A DNA stretch of 64,000 nt from the human T2T-CHM13v2.0 reference genome, Homo sapiens. Positions 27,701-42,920 of this stretch are shown here, one piece after another. Location of the stretch: NCBI RefSeq assembly GCF_009914755.1, contig NC_060948.1; one strand, 5' to 3'. The notes under the pieces were generated by a model. That model made no database searches, was not told the DNA's origin, and saw only the letters and a program-made list of their open reading frames with translations. How positions within the stretch are numbered: the first letter of the stretch is position 1; each line of letters opens with the position of its first letter. Made by a program: the position numbers and the translations under genes.

Positions 27701-30700
27701 GAAAGGAATGGAATGAAATGGAATGAAAAGGATTCCAATGGAATGCAATCGAATGGAATGGAATCGAACGGAATGGAATAAAATGGAAGAAAACTGGCAA
27801 TAAATGGAATCGAAATGAATGGAGTGTTATGGAACGGACTCAAAAGGAATTGAATGTAATAGAATGGAGTGGAGTGGACTCGAATATAATGGACTGGAAT
27901 GGAATGAAATCACATGGAATGGGAACGAATGGAATGGAATGGAAAGGAATGGAATCGAATGGAAAGGAATCGAATGGAGGGAATGAAATTGAATCAACAG
28001 GAATGGAAGGGAATAGAATAGACGGTAATGGAATGGACTCGAATAGAATGGACACGAATGCTCAAATTGAATGGACTCGAATGGAATGGAAACGAAAGGA
28101 ATGTCATCGAATGGAATTGAATCGATTGGAATGAAATCGCATAGAATGGAGTGGAATCAAATGGAATTGAATCGAAAGGAAAGGAAGCGAATGGACTGAA
28201 ATGAAATGGAATGGAATTGAATGGAAAGTAATGCAATGGAATAGAATGGAACGAAATTTCACGGAATGGAATCAAACTGAATGGAATCAAATCAATGGAA
28301 TCAAATCAAATGGAATGGAAAGGAATTGAATGGAGTAGATTGGATTGGATGGGATTGGAATGAAATGTACTGGAAAGGACTCGAATTTCATGAAACGGAA
28401 TGGAATGAATTGGAACGGAATGGACTCGAATGGAATGGAATGTCATGGGATGGCATCAAATGGAATGGCATCAAATGGAATGGAATCGAATGCAATGGAA
28501 TGCTATGGAATGGAATGGAATGCATTGGAATGGAATGTCCTCTAATGGAATGGATTCGAGTGGAATGGAATTGAATATAATGGAGTCGAATGAAATGGAA
28601 TTGAAAAGAATGGGATCGAATACAATGGAATATACTGGAATGTAACGTAATGAACTCGAATGTAATTGACTGGAATGGAATGTACATGAATGGAATGTAA
28701 TCGAATGGAAAGTAATCCAATGGAATAGAATCTAATGCAATAAAATCGACTCAGATAGAGTAGAATGTAATGGAATGGAGTGTTGTGCAATGGAATGGAA
28801 TGGAATGGAATGCAATGGAATGGAATGGAATGGAATGGGATGGAATGGTATGGAATGGATAGTAATGGACTGGAGTGAAATGGACTGGAAAGGAATGGAC
28901 TCAAATTGAAAGGGCACGAAAGGAATAGAGTCAAATGGAATGGTCTGGAATGGAATGAACACGAATGTAATGCAACCCAATAGAATGGAATCGAATGGCA
29001 TGGAATATAAAGAAATGGAATCGAAGAGAATGGAAACAAATGGAATGGAATTGAATGGAATGGGAACGAATGGAGTGAAATTGTATGCAGTAGAAGAGAA
29101 TAGAATGGAATGCAAGCGAAAGGAAAGGAATGGATTGGAATGGAATGGAATTCATTGGAATGGAAGGGAATGTAGTGTAATGGACAGGCCTGGAATAAAG
29201 TGGAATGCTACGGTCTCGAATGGAATAAAAATGTATGGAATGGAATGCAATGAAACGGAATCGAATGTCATAGAATGTAATGGAATGCAAAAAAATGGAA
29301 TCCAAAATCATTGACTGGAAAGGCTGGGTGTCGAAAGGAATTGACTCCAATGGAATGGAATCGAATGGAATGGAAGTGAAGAGAATCGAACTAAATCGAA
29401 TGGAATGGAATTGATAGGAACGGAATGGAAAGGAATGCAATGATTTGGCATGGAATGGAATCGAATGGCATCGAATGGAATGGAATGGAATGCAATGGAA
29501 TGGAATGTATTAGAATGTAATGAACTTTAATGGAATGTACTCGAATGGATTCGACTGGAATGGAATGTTCTGGAAGTGAATGGACTCCAATGGAATGGAT
29601 TCAAAAGGAATGGAATCGTACGGAATGGAATCTAATGGAATGGAATTAAATGGAAATGAATCAAATTGAATAGCACGGAATTGAATTGAATGGAATGGAA
29701 TGCAATGCAATCTAATGAAACGGAAAGGAAAGGAATGGAATGGAATGGAATGGGCTGGAATGGAAAGGAATCGAAACGAATGGAATGGAATCGAACTGAA
29801 GAGACTGGAATGGAATGCACTGGAATGGAAGGGAGTGTAATGGAAGGTTCTCGAAAAAAATGGAATCGAATGGAATGGAATTGAATGGAACGGAATAGAG
29901 TCGAATGGAATTGAATGGAATGGAATGGACTAGAGTGAAATGGAATCGAACCACAAGGAATGGACAGGAATAGAATGGTCTCGAATTGAATGGAATCGTA
30001 TGGAATGGCATCAAACGGAATGGAATGGACAGCCACGGAATGGAATGCACTCGAATGCAATGACGTCGAAACTAACGGACTGGAATAGAATGGACTCGAC
30101 TGGTACGGACTCCAATGGAATGGAATCGAATGGAAGGGAATCGAACGGAAGGGAATCGAACGGAATGGACTCGAAGGGAAAAGACTGCAATGGAAAGGTC
30201 TCGAATGGAATGGAAATTAATGGAATGGAATGGAATCGAATGAAATGGAGTCAAAAGGAATGGAATCGAATGGCAAGAAATCGAATGTAATGGAATCGCA
30301 AGGAATTGATGTGAACGGAACGGAATGGAATGGAATCCAAAGGAATGGAATAGAATGGAATGGAATCGAATGGAAAGGACTCGAATGGAAATCACTCGAA
30401 TAGAATGCAATTTAATAAAATAGGATCAAATGTAATGGAATGGAATGGAAAGGAATCGAAACGAAAGGAATGGAGACAGATGGAATGGAATGGAACAGAG
30501 AGCAATGGTATAGAATGGAATGGAATCATCTGGAATGGAATTGAATGGAATGGAATAATATGAAATGGAATGGAATGGAATGGAATGGAATGCCCTTGAA
30601 TTAAATGGACTGGAATGGAATGGACTCAAACAGAGTGGAATGGAAAGTGTGGAGATAGAATGGAATGAACTCCTTTGGAATGGACTAGTAGGCAATGCAA

Positions 30701-32768
30701 TCGACTGGCAGGGAATCAAAAGGAATGTAATCGAATGGATTGGACTGGAATGCAATGGACTCGAATAGATTGGAAACGGAATGCAAAGAATGGAATGGAA
30801 TAGTATGGAATGGAATGGAAAGGAATGGAGTGGAATAGACTAGAGTGGAATGGAATGGACTGGAAAGCAATGGACTGGAATGGAACTTTCTTGAATGGAC
30901 TGGAATCAAACGGAATGGAATGCAATGCAATCAAATGGCATGGAATAAAATAGAATGAAAGAGAATCAAATGGAATTGAATCGAATGGAATCGAATGGAT
31001 TGGAAAGGAATAGAATGGAATGGAATGGAATTGACTCAAATGGAATGGACTAGAATGGAATGGATTCGAATGGAAGGCAAAGGAATGGAATCTATTGGAA
31101 TGGACTGTAATGGAATGGAATGGAAGGGATTGGAATGGACTCGAATGGAATGGACTGCAATAGAAAGGATTCGAATGGAATGAAAAAGAATTGAATGGAA
31201 TAGAACAGAATGGAATCAAATCGAATGAAATGGAATGGAATAGAAAGGAATGGAATGAAATGGAATGGAAAGGATTCGAATGGAATGCAATCGAATGGAA
31301 TGGAATCGAACGGAATGGAATAAAATGGAAGAAAACTGGCAAGAAATGGAATCGAAATGAATGGAGTGTTATGGAACGGACTCAAAAGGAATTGAATGTA
31401 ATAGAATGGAGTGGAGTGGACTCGAATATAATGGACTGGAATGGAATGAAATCACATGGAATGGGAACGAATGGAATGGAATGGAAAGGAATGGAATCGA
31501 ATGGAAAGGAATCGAATGGAAGGGAATGAAATTGAATCAACAGGAATGGAAGGGAATAGAATAGACGGTAATGGAATGGACTCGAATAGAATGGACACGA
31601 ATGCTCAAATTAAATGGACTCGAATGGAATGGAAACGAAAGGAATGTCATCGAATGGAATTGAATCGATTGGAATGAAATCGCATAGAATGGAGTGGAAT
31701 CAAATGGAATTGAATCGAAAGGAAAGGAAGCGAATGGACTGAAATGAAATGGAATGGAATTGAATGGAAAGTAACGCAATGGAATAGAATGGAAAGAAAT
31801 TTCACGGAATGGAATCAAACTGAATGGAATCAAATCAATGGAATCAAATCAAATGGAATGGAAAGGAATTGAATGGAGTAGATGGGATTGGATGGGATTG
31901 GAATGAAATGTACTGGAAAGGACTCGAATTTCATGAAACGGAATGGAATGAATTGGAAAGGAATGGACTCGAATGGAATGGAATGTCATGGGATGGCATC
32001 AAATGGAATGGCATCAAATGGAATGGAATCGAATGCAATGGAATGCTATGGAATGGAATGGAATGCATTGGAATGGAATGTCCTCTAATGGAATGGATTC
32101 GAGTGGAATGGAATTGAATATAATGGAGTCGAATGAAATGGAATTGAAAGGAATGGGATCGAATACAATGGAATATACTGGAATGTAACGTAATGAACTC
32201 GAATGTAATTGACTGGAATGGAATGTACATGAATGGAATGTAATCGAATGGAAAGTAATCCAATGGAATAGAATCTAATGCAATAAAATCGACTCAGATA
32301 GAGTAGAATGTAATGGAATGGAGTGCAGTGCAATGGATTGGAATGGAATGGAATGCAATGGAATGGAATGGAATGGAATGGAATGGAATGGAATGGAATG
32401 GAATGGGATGGAATGGTATGGAATGGATAGTAATGGACTGGAGTGAAATGGACTGGAAAGGAATGGACTCAAATTGAAAGGGCTCGAAAGGAATGGAGTC
32501 AAATGGAATGGTCTGGAATGGAATGAACACGAATGTAATGCAACCCAATAGAATGGAATCGAATGGCATGGAATATAAAGAAATGGAATCGAAGAGAATG
32601 GAAACAAATGGAATGGAATTGAATGGAATGGAATTGAATGGAATGGGAACGAATGGAGTGAAATTGTATGCAGTAGAAGAGAATAGAATGGAATGCAAGC
32701 GAAAGGAAAGGAATGGATTGGAATGGAATGGAATTCATTGGAATGGAAGGGAATGTAGTGTAATGGAC

Positions 32769-35434
32769 AGGCCTGGAATAAAGTGGAATGCTACGGTCTC
32801 GAATGGAATAAAAATGTATGGAATGGAATGCAATGAAACGGAATCGAATGTCATAGAATGTAATGGAATGCAAAAAAATGGAATCCAAAATCATTGACTG
32901 GAAAGGCTGGGTGTCGAAAGGAATTGACTCCAATGGAATGGAATCGAATGGAATGGAAGTGAATAGAATCGAACTAAATCGAATGGAATGGAATTGATAG
33001 GAACGGAATGGAAAGGAATGCAATGATTTGGCATGGAATGGAATCGAATGGCATCGAATGGAATGGAATGGAATGCAATGGAATGGAATGTATTAGAATG
33101 GAATGAACTTTAATGGAATGTACTCGAATGGATTCGACTGGAATGGAATGTTCTGGAAGTGAATGGACTCCAATGGAATGGATTCAAAAGGAATGGAATC
33201 GTACGGAATGGAATCTAATGGAATGGAATTAAATGGAAATGAATCAAATTGAATAGCACGGAATTGAATTGAATGGAATGGAATGCAATGGAATCTAATG
33301 AAACGGAAAGGAAAGGAATGGAATGGAATGGAATGGGCTGGAATGGAAAGGAATCGAAACGAATGGAATGGAATCGAACTGAAGAGACTGGAATGGAATG
33401 CACTGGAATGGAAGGGAGTGTAATGGAAGGTTCTCGAAAAAAATGGAATCGAATGGAATGGAATTGAATGGAACGGAATAGAGTCGAATGGAATTGAATG
33501 GAATGGAATGGACTAGAGTGAAATGGAATCGAACCACAAGGAATGGACAGGAATAGAATGGTCTCGAATTGAATGGAATCGTATGGAATGGCATCAAACG
33601 GAATGGAATGGACAGCCACGGAATGGAATGCACTCGAATGCAATGGAGTCGAAACTAACGGACTGGAATAGAATGGACTCGATTGGTACGGACTCCAATG
33701 GAATGGAATCGAATGGAAGGGAATCGAACGGAAGGGAATCGAACGGAATGGACTCGAAGGGAAAAGACTGCAATGGAAAGGTCTCGAATGGAATGGAAAT
33801 TAATGGAATGGAATGGAATCGAATGAAATGGAGTCAAAAGGAATGGAATCGAATGGCAAGAAATCGAATGTAATGGAATCGCAAGGAATTGATGTGAACG
33901 GAACGGAATGGAATGGAATCCAAAAGAATGGAATAGAATGGAATGGAATCGAATGGAAAGGACTCGAATGGAAATCACTCGAATAGAATGCAATTTAATA
34001 AAATAGGATCAAATGTAATAGAATGGAATGGAAAGGAATCGAAACGGAAGGAATGGAGACAGATGGAATGGAATGGAACAGAGAGCAATGGTATAGAATG
34101 GAATGGAATCATCTGGAATGGAATTGAATGGAATGGAATAATATGAAATGGAATGGAATGGAATGGAATGGAATGCCCTTGAATTAAATGGACTGGACTC
34201 GAACAGAGTGGAATGGAAAGTGTTGAGATAGAATGGAATGGACTCCTTTGGAATGGTCTAGTATGCAATGCAATCGACTGGCAGGGAATCAAAAGGAATG
34301 TAATCGAATGGATTGGACTGGAATGCAATGGACTCGAATAGATTGGAAACGGAATGCAAAGGAATGGAATGGAATAGTATGGAATGCAATGGAAGGGAAT
34401 GGAGTGGAATAGACTAGAGTGGAATGGAATGGACTGGAAAGCAATGGACTGGAATGGAACTTTCTTGGATGGATGGGAATCAAACGGAATGGAATGCAAT
34501 GCAATCAAATGGCATGGAATAAAATAGAATGAAAGAGAATCAAATGGAATTGAATCGAATGGAATCGAATGGATTGGAAATGAATAGAATGGAATGGAAT
34601 GGAATTGACTCAAATGGAATGGACTAGAATGGAATGGATTCGAATGGAATGGAATGTCATGGAATGGCATCAAATGGAATGGCATCAAATGGAATGGAAT
34701 CGAATGCAATGGAATGCTATGGAATGGAATGGAATGCATTGGAATGGAATGTCCTCTAATAGAATGGATTCGAGTGGAATGGAATTGAATATAATGGAGT
34801 CGAATGAAATGGAATTGAAAGGAATGGGATCGAATACAATGGAATATACTGGAATGTAACGTAATGAACTCGAATGTAATTGACTGGAATGGAATGTACA
34901 TGAATGGAATGTAATCGAATGGAAAGTAATCCAATGGAATAGAATCTAATGCAATAAAATCGACTCAGATAGAGTAGAATGTAATGGAATGGAGTGCAGT
35001 GCAATGGAATGGAATGGAATGGAATGCAATGGAATGGAATGGAATGGAATGGAATGGAATGGAATGGAATGGGATGGAATGGTATGGAATGGATAGTAAT
35101 GGACTGGAGTGAAATGGACTGGAAAGGAATGGACTCAAATTGAAAGGGCTCGAAAGGAATGGAGTCAAATGGAATGGTCTGGAATGGAATGAACACGAAT
35201 GTAATGCAATCCAATAGAATGGAATCGAATGGCATGGAATATAAAGAAATGGAATCGAAGAGAATGGAAACAAATGGAATGGAATTGAATGGAATGGAAT
35301 TGAATGGAATGTGAACGAATGGAGTGAAATTGTATGCAGTAGAAGAGAATAGAATGGAATGCAAGCGAAAGGAAAGGAATGGATTGGAATGGAATGGAAT
35401 TCATTGGAATGGAAGGGAATGTAGTGTAATGGAC
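32769..35434 (+). repeat. Second copy of the truncated 2666-bp DYZ1 unit (junction at 34640-34649)
   Basis: Same StuI spacing and identical junction sequence, 23,996 bp downstream of the first copy. Confidence 0.95.
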
Positions 35435-35649
35435 AGGCCTGGAATAAAGTGGAATGCTACGGTCTCGAATGGAATAAAAATGTATGGAATGGAATGCAAT
35501 GAAACGGAATCGAATGTCATAGAATGTAATGGAATGCAAAAAAATGGAATCCAAAATCATTGAATGGAAAGGCTGGGTGTCGAAAGGAATTGACTCCAAT
35601 GGAATGGAATCGAATGGAATGGAAGTGAATAGAATCGAACTAAATCGTA

Positions 35650-38600
35650 TGGAATGGAATTGATAGGAACGGAATGGAAAGGAATGCAATGATTTGGCAT
35701 GGAATGGAATCGAATGGCATCGAATGGAATGGAATGGAATGCAATGGAATGGAATGTATTAGAATGGAATGAACTTTAATGGAATGTACTCGAATGGATT
35801 CGACTGGAATGGAATGTTCTGGAAGTGAATGGACTCCAATGGAATGGATTCAAAAGGAATGGAATCGTACGGAATGGAATCTAATGGAATGGAATTAAAT
35901 GGAAATGAATCAAATTGAATAGCACGGAATTGAATTGAATGGAATGGAATGCAATGGAATCTAATGAAACGGAAAGGAAAGGAATGGAATGGAATGGAAT
36001 GGACTGGAATGGAAAGGAATCGAAACGAATGGAATGGAATCGAACTGAAGAGACTGGAATGGAATGCACTGGAATGGAAGGGAGTGTAATGGAAGGTTCT
36101 CGAAAAAAATGGAATCGAATGGAATGCAATTGAATGGAACGGAGTAGAGCCGAATGCAATTGAATGGAATGGAATGGACTAGAGTGAAATGGAATCGAAC
36201 CACAAGGAATGGACAGGAATAGAATGGTCTCGAATTGAATGGAATCGTATGGAATGGCATCAAACGGAATGGAATGGACAGCCACGGAATGGAATGCACT
36301 CGAATGCAATGGAGTCGAATCTAATGGACTGGAATAGAATGGACTCGACTGGTACGGACTCCAATGGAATGGAATCGAATGGAAGGGAATCGAACGGAAG
36401 GGAATCGAATGGAATGGACTCGAAGGGAAAAGACTGTAATGGAAAGGTCTCGAATGGAATGGAAATTAATGGAATGGAATGGAATCGAATGAAATGGAGG
36501 CAAAAGGAATGGAATCGAATGGCAAGAAATCGAATGTAATGGAATCGCAAGGAATTGATGTGAACGGAACGGAATGGAATGGAATCCAAAGGAATGGAAT
36601 AGAATGGAATGGAATCGAATGGAAAGGACTCGAATGGAAATCACTCGAATAGAATGCAATTTAATAAAATAGGATCAAATGTAATGGAATGGAATGGAAA
36701 GGAATCGAAACGAAAGGAATGGAGACAGATGGAATGGAATGGAACAGAGAGCAATGGTATAGAACGGAATGGAATCATCTGGAATGGAATTGAATGGAAT
36801 GGAATAATATGAAATGGAAAGGAATGAAATGGAATGCCCTTGAATTAAATGGACTACAATGGGAATGGACTCGAACAGAGTGGAATGGAAAGTGTTGAAA
36901 TAGAATGGAATTGACTCGTTTGGAATGGTCTAGTATGCAATGCAATCGACTGGCAGGGAATCAAAAGGAATGTAATCGAGTGGATTGGACTGGAATGCAA
37001 TGGACTCGAATAGATTGGAAACGGAATGCAAAGGAATGGAATGGAATAGTATGGAATGGAATGGAAAGGAATGGAGTGGAATAGACTAGAGTGGAATGGA
37101 ATGGACTCGAAAGCAATGGACTGGAATGGAACTTTCTTGAATGGACTGGAACCAAACGGAATGGAATGCAATGCAATCAAATGGCATGGAATAAGATAGA
37201 ATGAAAGAGAATCAAATGGAATTGAATCGAATGGAATCGAATGGATTGGAAAGGAATAGAATGGAATGGAATGGAATTGACTCAAATGGAATGGACTAGA
37301 ATGGAATGGATTCGAATGGAAGGCAAAGGAATGGAATCTATCGGAATGCACTGTAATGGAATGGAATGGAAGGGATTGGAATGGATTCGAATGGAATGGA
37401 CTGCAATAGAAAGGATTCGAATGGAATGAAAAAGAATTGAACGGAATAGAACAGAATGGAATAAAATCGAATGAAATGGAATGGAATAGAAAGGAATGGA
37501 ATGAAATGGAATGGAAAGGATTCGAATGGAATGCAATCGAATGGAATGGAATCGAACGGAATGGAATAAAATGGAAGAAAACTGGCAAGAAATGGAATCG
37601 AAATGAATGGAGTGTTTTGGAACGGACTCAAAAGGAATTGAATGTAATAGAATGGAGTGGAGTGGACTCGAATATAATGGACTGGAATGGAATGAAATCA
37701 CATGGAATGGGAACGAATGGAATGGAATGGAAAGGAATGGAATCGAATGGAAAGCAATCGAATGGAAGGGAATGAAATTGAATCAACAGGAATGGAAGGG
37801 AATAGAATAGACGGTAATGGAATGGACTCGAATAGAATGGACACGAATGCTCAAATTGAATGGACTCGAATGGAATGGAAACGAAAGGAATGTCATCGAA
37901 TGGAATTGAATCGATTGGAATGAAATCGCATAGAATGGAGTGGAATCAAATGGAATTGAATCGAAAGGAAAGGAAGCGAATGGACTGAAATGAAATGGAA
38001 TGGAATTGAATGGAAAGTAATGCAATGGAATACAATGGAACGAAATTTCACGGAATGGAATCAAACTGAATGGAATCAAATCAATGGAATCTAATCAAAT
38101 GGAATGGAAAGGAATTGAATGGAGTAGATTGGATTGGATGGGATTGGAATGAAATGTACTGGAAAGGACTCGAATTTCATGAAACGGAATGGAATGAATT
38201 GGAACGGAATGGACTCGAATGGAATGGAATGTCATGGAATGGTATCAAATGGAATGCCATCAAATGGAATGGAATCGACTGCAATGGAATGTTATGGAAT
38301 GGAATGGAATGCATTGGAATGGAATGTCCTCTAATGGAATGGATTCGAGTGGAATGGAATCGAATATAATGGAGTCGAATGAAATGGAATTGAAAGGAAT
38401 GGGATCGAATAGAATGGAATATACTGGAATGTAATGTAATGAACTCGAATGTAATTGACTGGAATGGAATGTACATGAATGGAATGTAATCGAATGGAAA
38501 GTAATCCAATGGAATAGAATCTAATGCAATAAAACCGACTCAGATAGAGTAGAATGTAATGGAATGGAGTGCAGTGCAATGAAATGGAATGGAATTGAAT

Positions 38601-41600
38601 GCAATGGAATGGAATGGAATGGAATGGAATGGAATGGAATGGAATTGGATGGAATGGTATGGAATGGATAGTAATGGACTGGAGTGAAATGGACTGGAAA
38701 GGAATGGACTCAAATTGAAAGGTCTCGAAAGGAATGGAGTCAAATGGAATGGTCTGGAATGGAATGAACACGAATGTAATGCAATCCAATAGAATGGAAT
38801 CGAATGGCATGGAATATAAAGAAATGGAATCGAAGAGAATGGAAACAAATGGAATGGAATTGAATGGAATGGAATTGAATGGAATGGGAACGAATGGAGT
38901 GAAATTGTATGCAGTAGAAGGGAATAGAATGGAATGCAAGCGAAAGGAAAGGAATGGATTGGAATGGAATGGAATTCATTGGAATGGAAGGGAATGTAGT
39001 GTAATGGACAGGCCTGGAATAAAGTGGAATGTTACGGTCTCGAATGGAATAAAAATGTATGGAATGGAATGCAATGAAACGGAATCGAATGTCATAGAAT
39101 GTAATGGAATGCAACAAAATGGAATCCAAAATCATTGACTGGAAAGGCTGGGTGTCGAAAGGAATTGACTCCAATGGAATGGAATCGAATGGAATGGAAG
39201 TGAATAGAATCGAACTAAATCGAATGGAATGGAATTGATAGGAACGGAATGGAAAGGAATGCAATGATTTGGCATGGAATGGAATCGAATGGCATCGAAT
39301 GGAATGGAATGGAATGCAATGGAATGGAATGTATTAGAATGGAATGAACTTTAATGGAATGTACTCGAATGGATTCGACTGGAATGGAATGTTCTGGAAG
39401 TGAATGGACTCCAATGGAATGGATTCAAAAGGAATGGAATCGTACGGAATGGAATCTAATGGAATGGAATTAAATGGAAATGAATCAAATTGAATAGCAC
39501 GGAATTGAATTGAATGGAATGGAATGCAATGGAATCTAATGAAACGGAAAGGAAAGGAATGGAATGGAATGGAATGGGCTGGAATGGAAAGGAATCGAAA
39601 CGAATGGAATGGAATCGAACTGAAGAGACTGGAATGGAATGCACTGGAATGGAAGGGAGTGTAATGGAAGGTTCTCGAAAAAAATGGAATCGAATGGAAT
39701 GCAATTGAATGGAACGGAGTAGAGCCGAATGCAATTGAATGGAATGGAATGGACTAGAGTGAAATGGAATCGAACCACAAGGAATGGACAGGAATAGAAT
39801 GGTCTCGAATTGAATGGAATCGTATGGAATGGCATCAAACGGAATGGAATGGACAGCCACGGAATGGAATGCACTCGAATGCAATGGAGTCGAATCTAAT
39901 GGACTGGAATAGAATGGACTCGACTGGTACGGACTCCAATGGAATGGAATCGAATGGAAGGGAATCGAACGGAAGGGAATCGAATGGAATGGACACGAAG
40001 GGAAAAGACTGTAATGGAAAGGTCTCGAATGGAATGGAAATTAATGGAATGGAATGGAATCGAATGAAATGGAGGCAAAAGGAATGGAATCGAATGGCAA
40101 GAAATCGAATGTAATGGAATCGCAAGGAATTGATGTGAACGGAACGGAATGGAATGGAATCCAAAGGAATGGAATAGAATGGAATGGAATCGAATGGAAA
40201 GGACTCGAATGGAAATCACTCGAATAGAATGCAATTTAATAAAATAGGATCAAATGTAATGGAATGGAATGGAAAGGAATCGAAACGAAAGGAATGGAGA
40301 CAGATGGAATGGAATGGAACAGAGAGCAATGGTATAGAACGGAATGGAATCATCTGGAATGGAATTGAATGGAATGGAATAATATGAAATGGAAAGGAAT
40401 GAAATGGAATGCCCTTGAATTAAATGGACTACAATGGGAATGGACTCGAAAAGAGTGGAATGGAAAGTGTTGAAATAGAATGGAATTGACTCGTTTGGAA
40501 TGGTCTAGTATGCAATGCAATCGACTGGCAGGGAATCAAAAGGAATGTAATCGAGTGGATTGGACTGGAATGCAATGGACTCGAATAGATTGGAAACGGA
40601 ATGCAAAGGAATGGAATGGAATAGTATGGAATGGAATGGAAAGGAATGGAGTGGAATAGACTAGAGTGGAATGGAATGGACTCGAAAGCAATGGACTGGA
40701 ATGGAACTTTCTTGAATGGACTGGAACCAAACGGAATGGAATGCAATGCAATCAAATGGCATGGAATAAGATAGAATGAAAGAGAATCAAATGGAATTGA
40801 ATCGAATGGAATCGAATGGATTGGAAATGAATAGAATGGAATGGAATGGAATTGACTCAAATGGAATGGACTAGAATGGAATGGATTCGAATGGAAGGCA
40901 AAGGAATGGAATCTATCGGAATGCACTGTAATGGAATGGAATGGAAGGGATTGGAATGGATTCGAATGGAATGGACTGCAATAGAAAGGATTCGAATGGA
41001 ATGAAAAAGAATTGAATGGAATAGAACAGAATGGAATCAAATCGAATGAAATGGAATGGAATAGAAAGGAATGGAATGAAATGGAATGGAAAGGATTCGA
41101 ATGGAATGCAATCGAATGGAATGGAATCGAACGGAATGGAATAAAATGGAAGAAAACTGGCAAGAAATGGAATCGAAATGAATGGAGTGTTTTGGAAGGG
41201 ACTCAAAAGGAATTGAATGTAATAGAAAGGAGTGGAGTGGACTCGAATATAATGGACTGGAATGGAATGAAATCACATGGAATGGGAACGAATGGAATGG
41301 AATGGAAAGGAATGGAATCGAATGGAAAGCAATCGAATGGAAGGGAATGAAATTGAATCAACAGGAATGGAAGGGAATAGAATAGACGGTAATGGAATGG
41401 ACTCGAATAGAATGGACACGAATGCTCAAATTGAATGGACTCGAATGGAATGGAAACGAAAGGAATGTCATCGAATGGAATTGAATCGATTGGAATGAAA
41501 TCGCATAGAATGGAGTGGAATCAAATGGAATTGAATCGAAAGGAAAGGAAGCGAATGGACTGAAATGAAATGGAATGGAATTGAATGGAAAGTAATGCAA

Positions 41601-42920
41601 TGGAATAGAATGGAACGAAATTTCACGGAATGGAATCAAACTGAATGGAATCAAATCAATGGAATCAAATCAAATGGAATGGAAAGGAATTGAATGGAGT
41701 AGATTGGATTGGATGGGATTGGAATGAAATGTACTGGAAAGGACTCGAATTTCATGAAACGGAATGGAATGAATTGGAACGGAATGGACTCGAATGGAAT
41801 GGAATGTCATGGAATGGTATCAAATGGAATGCCATCAAATGGAATGGAATCGACTGCAATGGAATGTTATGGAATGGAATGGAATGCATTGGAATGGAAT
41901 GTCCTCTAATGGAATGGATTCGAGTGGAATGGAATCGAATATAATGGAGTCGAATGAAATGGAATTGAAAGGAATGGGATCGAATAGAATGGAATATACT
42001 GGAATGTAATGTAATGAACTCGAATGTAATTGACTGGAATGGAATGTACATGAATGGAATGTAATCGAATGGAAAGTAATCCAATGGAATAGAATCTAAT
42101 GCAATAAAACCGACTCAGATAGAGTAGAATGTAATGGAATGGAGTGCAGTGCAATGAAATGGAATGGAATTGAATGCAATGGAATGGAATGGAATGGAAT
42201 GGAATGGAATGGAATGGAATGGAATTGGATGGAATGGTATGGAATGGATAGTAATGGACTGGAGTGAAATGGACTGGAAAGGAATGGACTCAAATTGAAA
42301 GGTCTCGAAAGGAATGGAGTCAAATGGAATGGTCTGGAATGGAATGAACACGAATGTAATGCAATCCAATAGAATGGAATCGAATGGCATGGAATATAAA
42401 GAAATGGAATCGAAGAGAATGGAAACAAATGGAATGGAATTGAATGGAATGGAATTGAATGGAATGGGAACGAATGGAGTGAAATTGTATGCAGTAGAAG
42501 GGAATAGAATGGAATGCAAGCGAAAGGAAAGGAATGGATTGGAATGGAATGGAATTCATTGGAATGGAAGGGAATGTAGTGTAATGGACAGGCCTGGAAT
42601 AAAGTGGAATGTTACGGTCTCGAATGGAATAAAAATGTATGGAATGGAATGCAATGAAACGGAATCGAATGTCATAGAATGTAATGGAATGCAACAAAAT
42701 GGAATCCAAAATCATTGACTGGAAAGGCTGGGTGTCGAAAGGAATTGACTCCAATGGAATGGAATCGAATGGAATGGAAGTGAATAGAATCGAACTAAAT
42801 CGAATGGAATGGAATTGATAGGAACGGAATGGAAAGGAATGCAATGATTTGGCATGGAATGGAATCGAATGGCATCGAATGGAATGGAATGGAATGCAAT
42901 GGAATGGAATGTATTAGAAT
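35650..42920 (+). repeat. Second tandem pair of type B units, period 3575-3580 bp
   Basis: Alleles shared by the two copies: ggagtagagccg (36141/39716), +1 insertion ctacaatgggaat (~36860/40435), cggaatgcact, atcgactgca, ggaattggat, ggtctcgaaa, gttacgg, gcaacaaaat. Confidence 0.9.
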
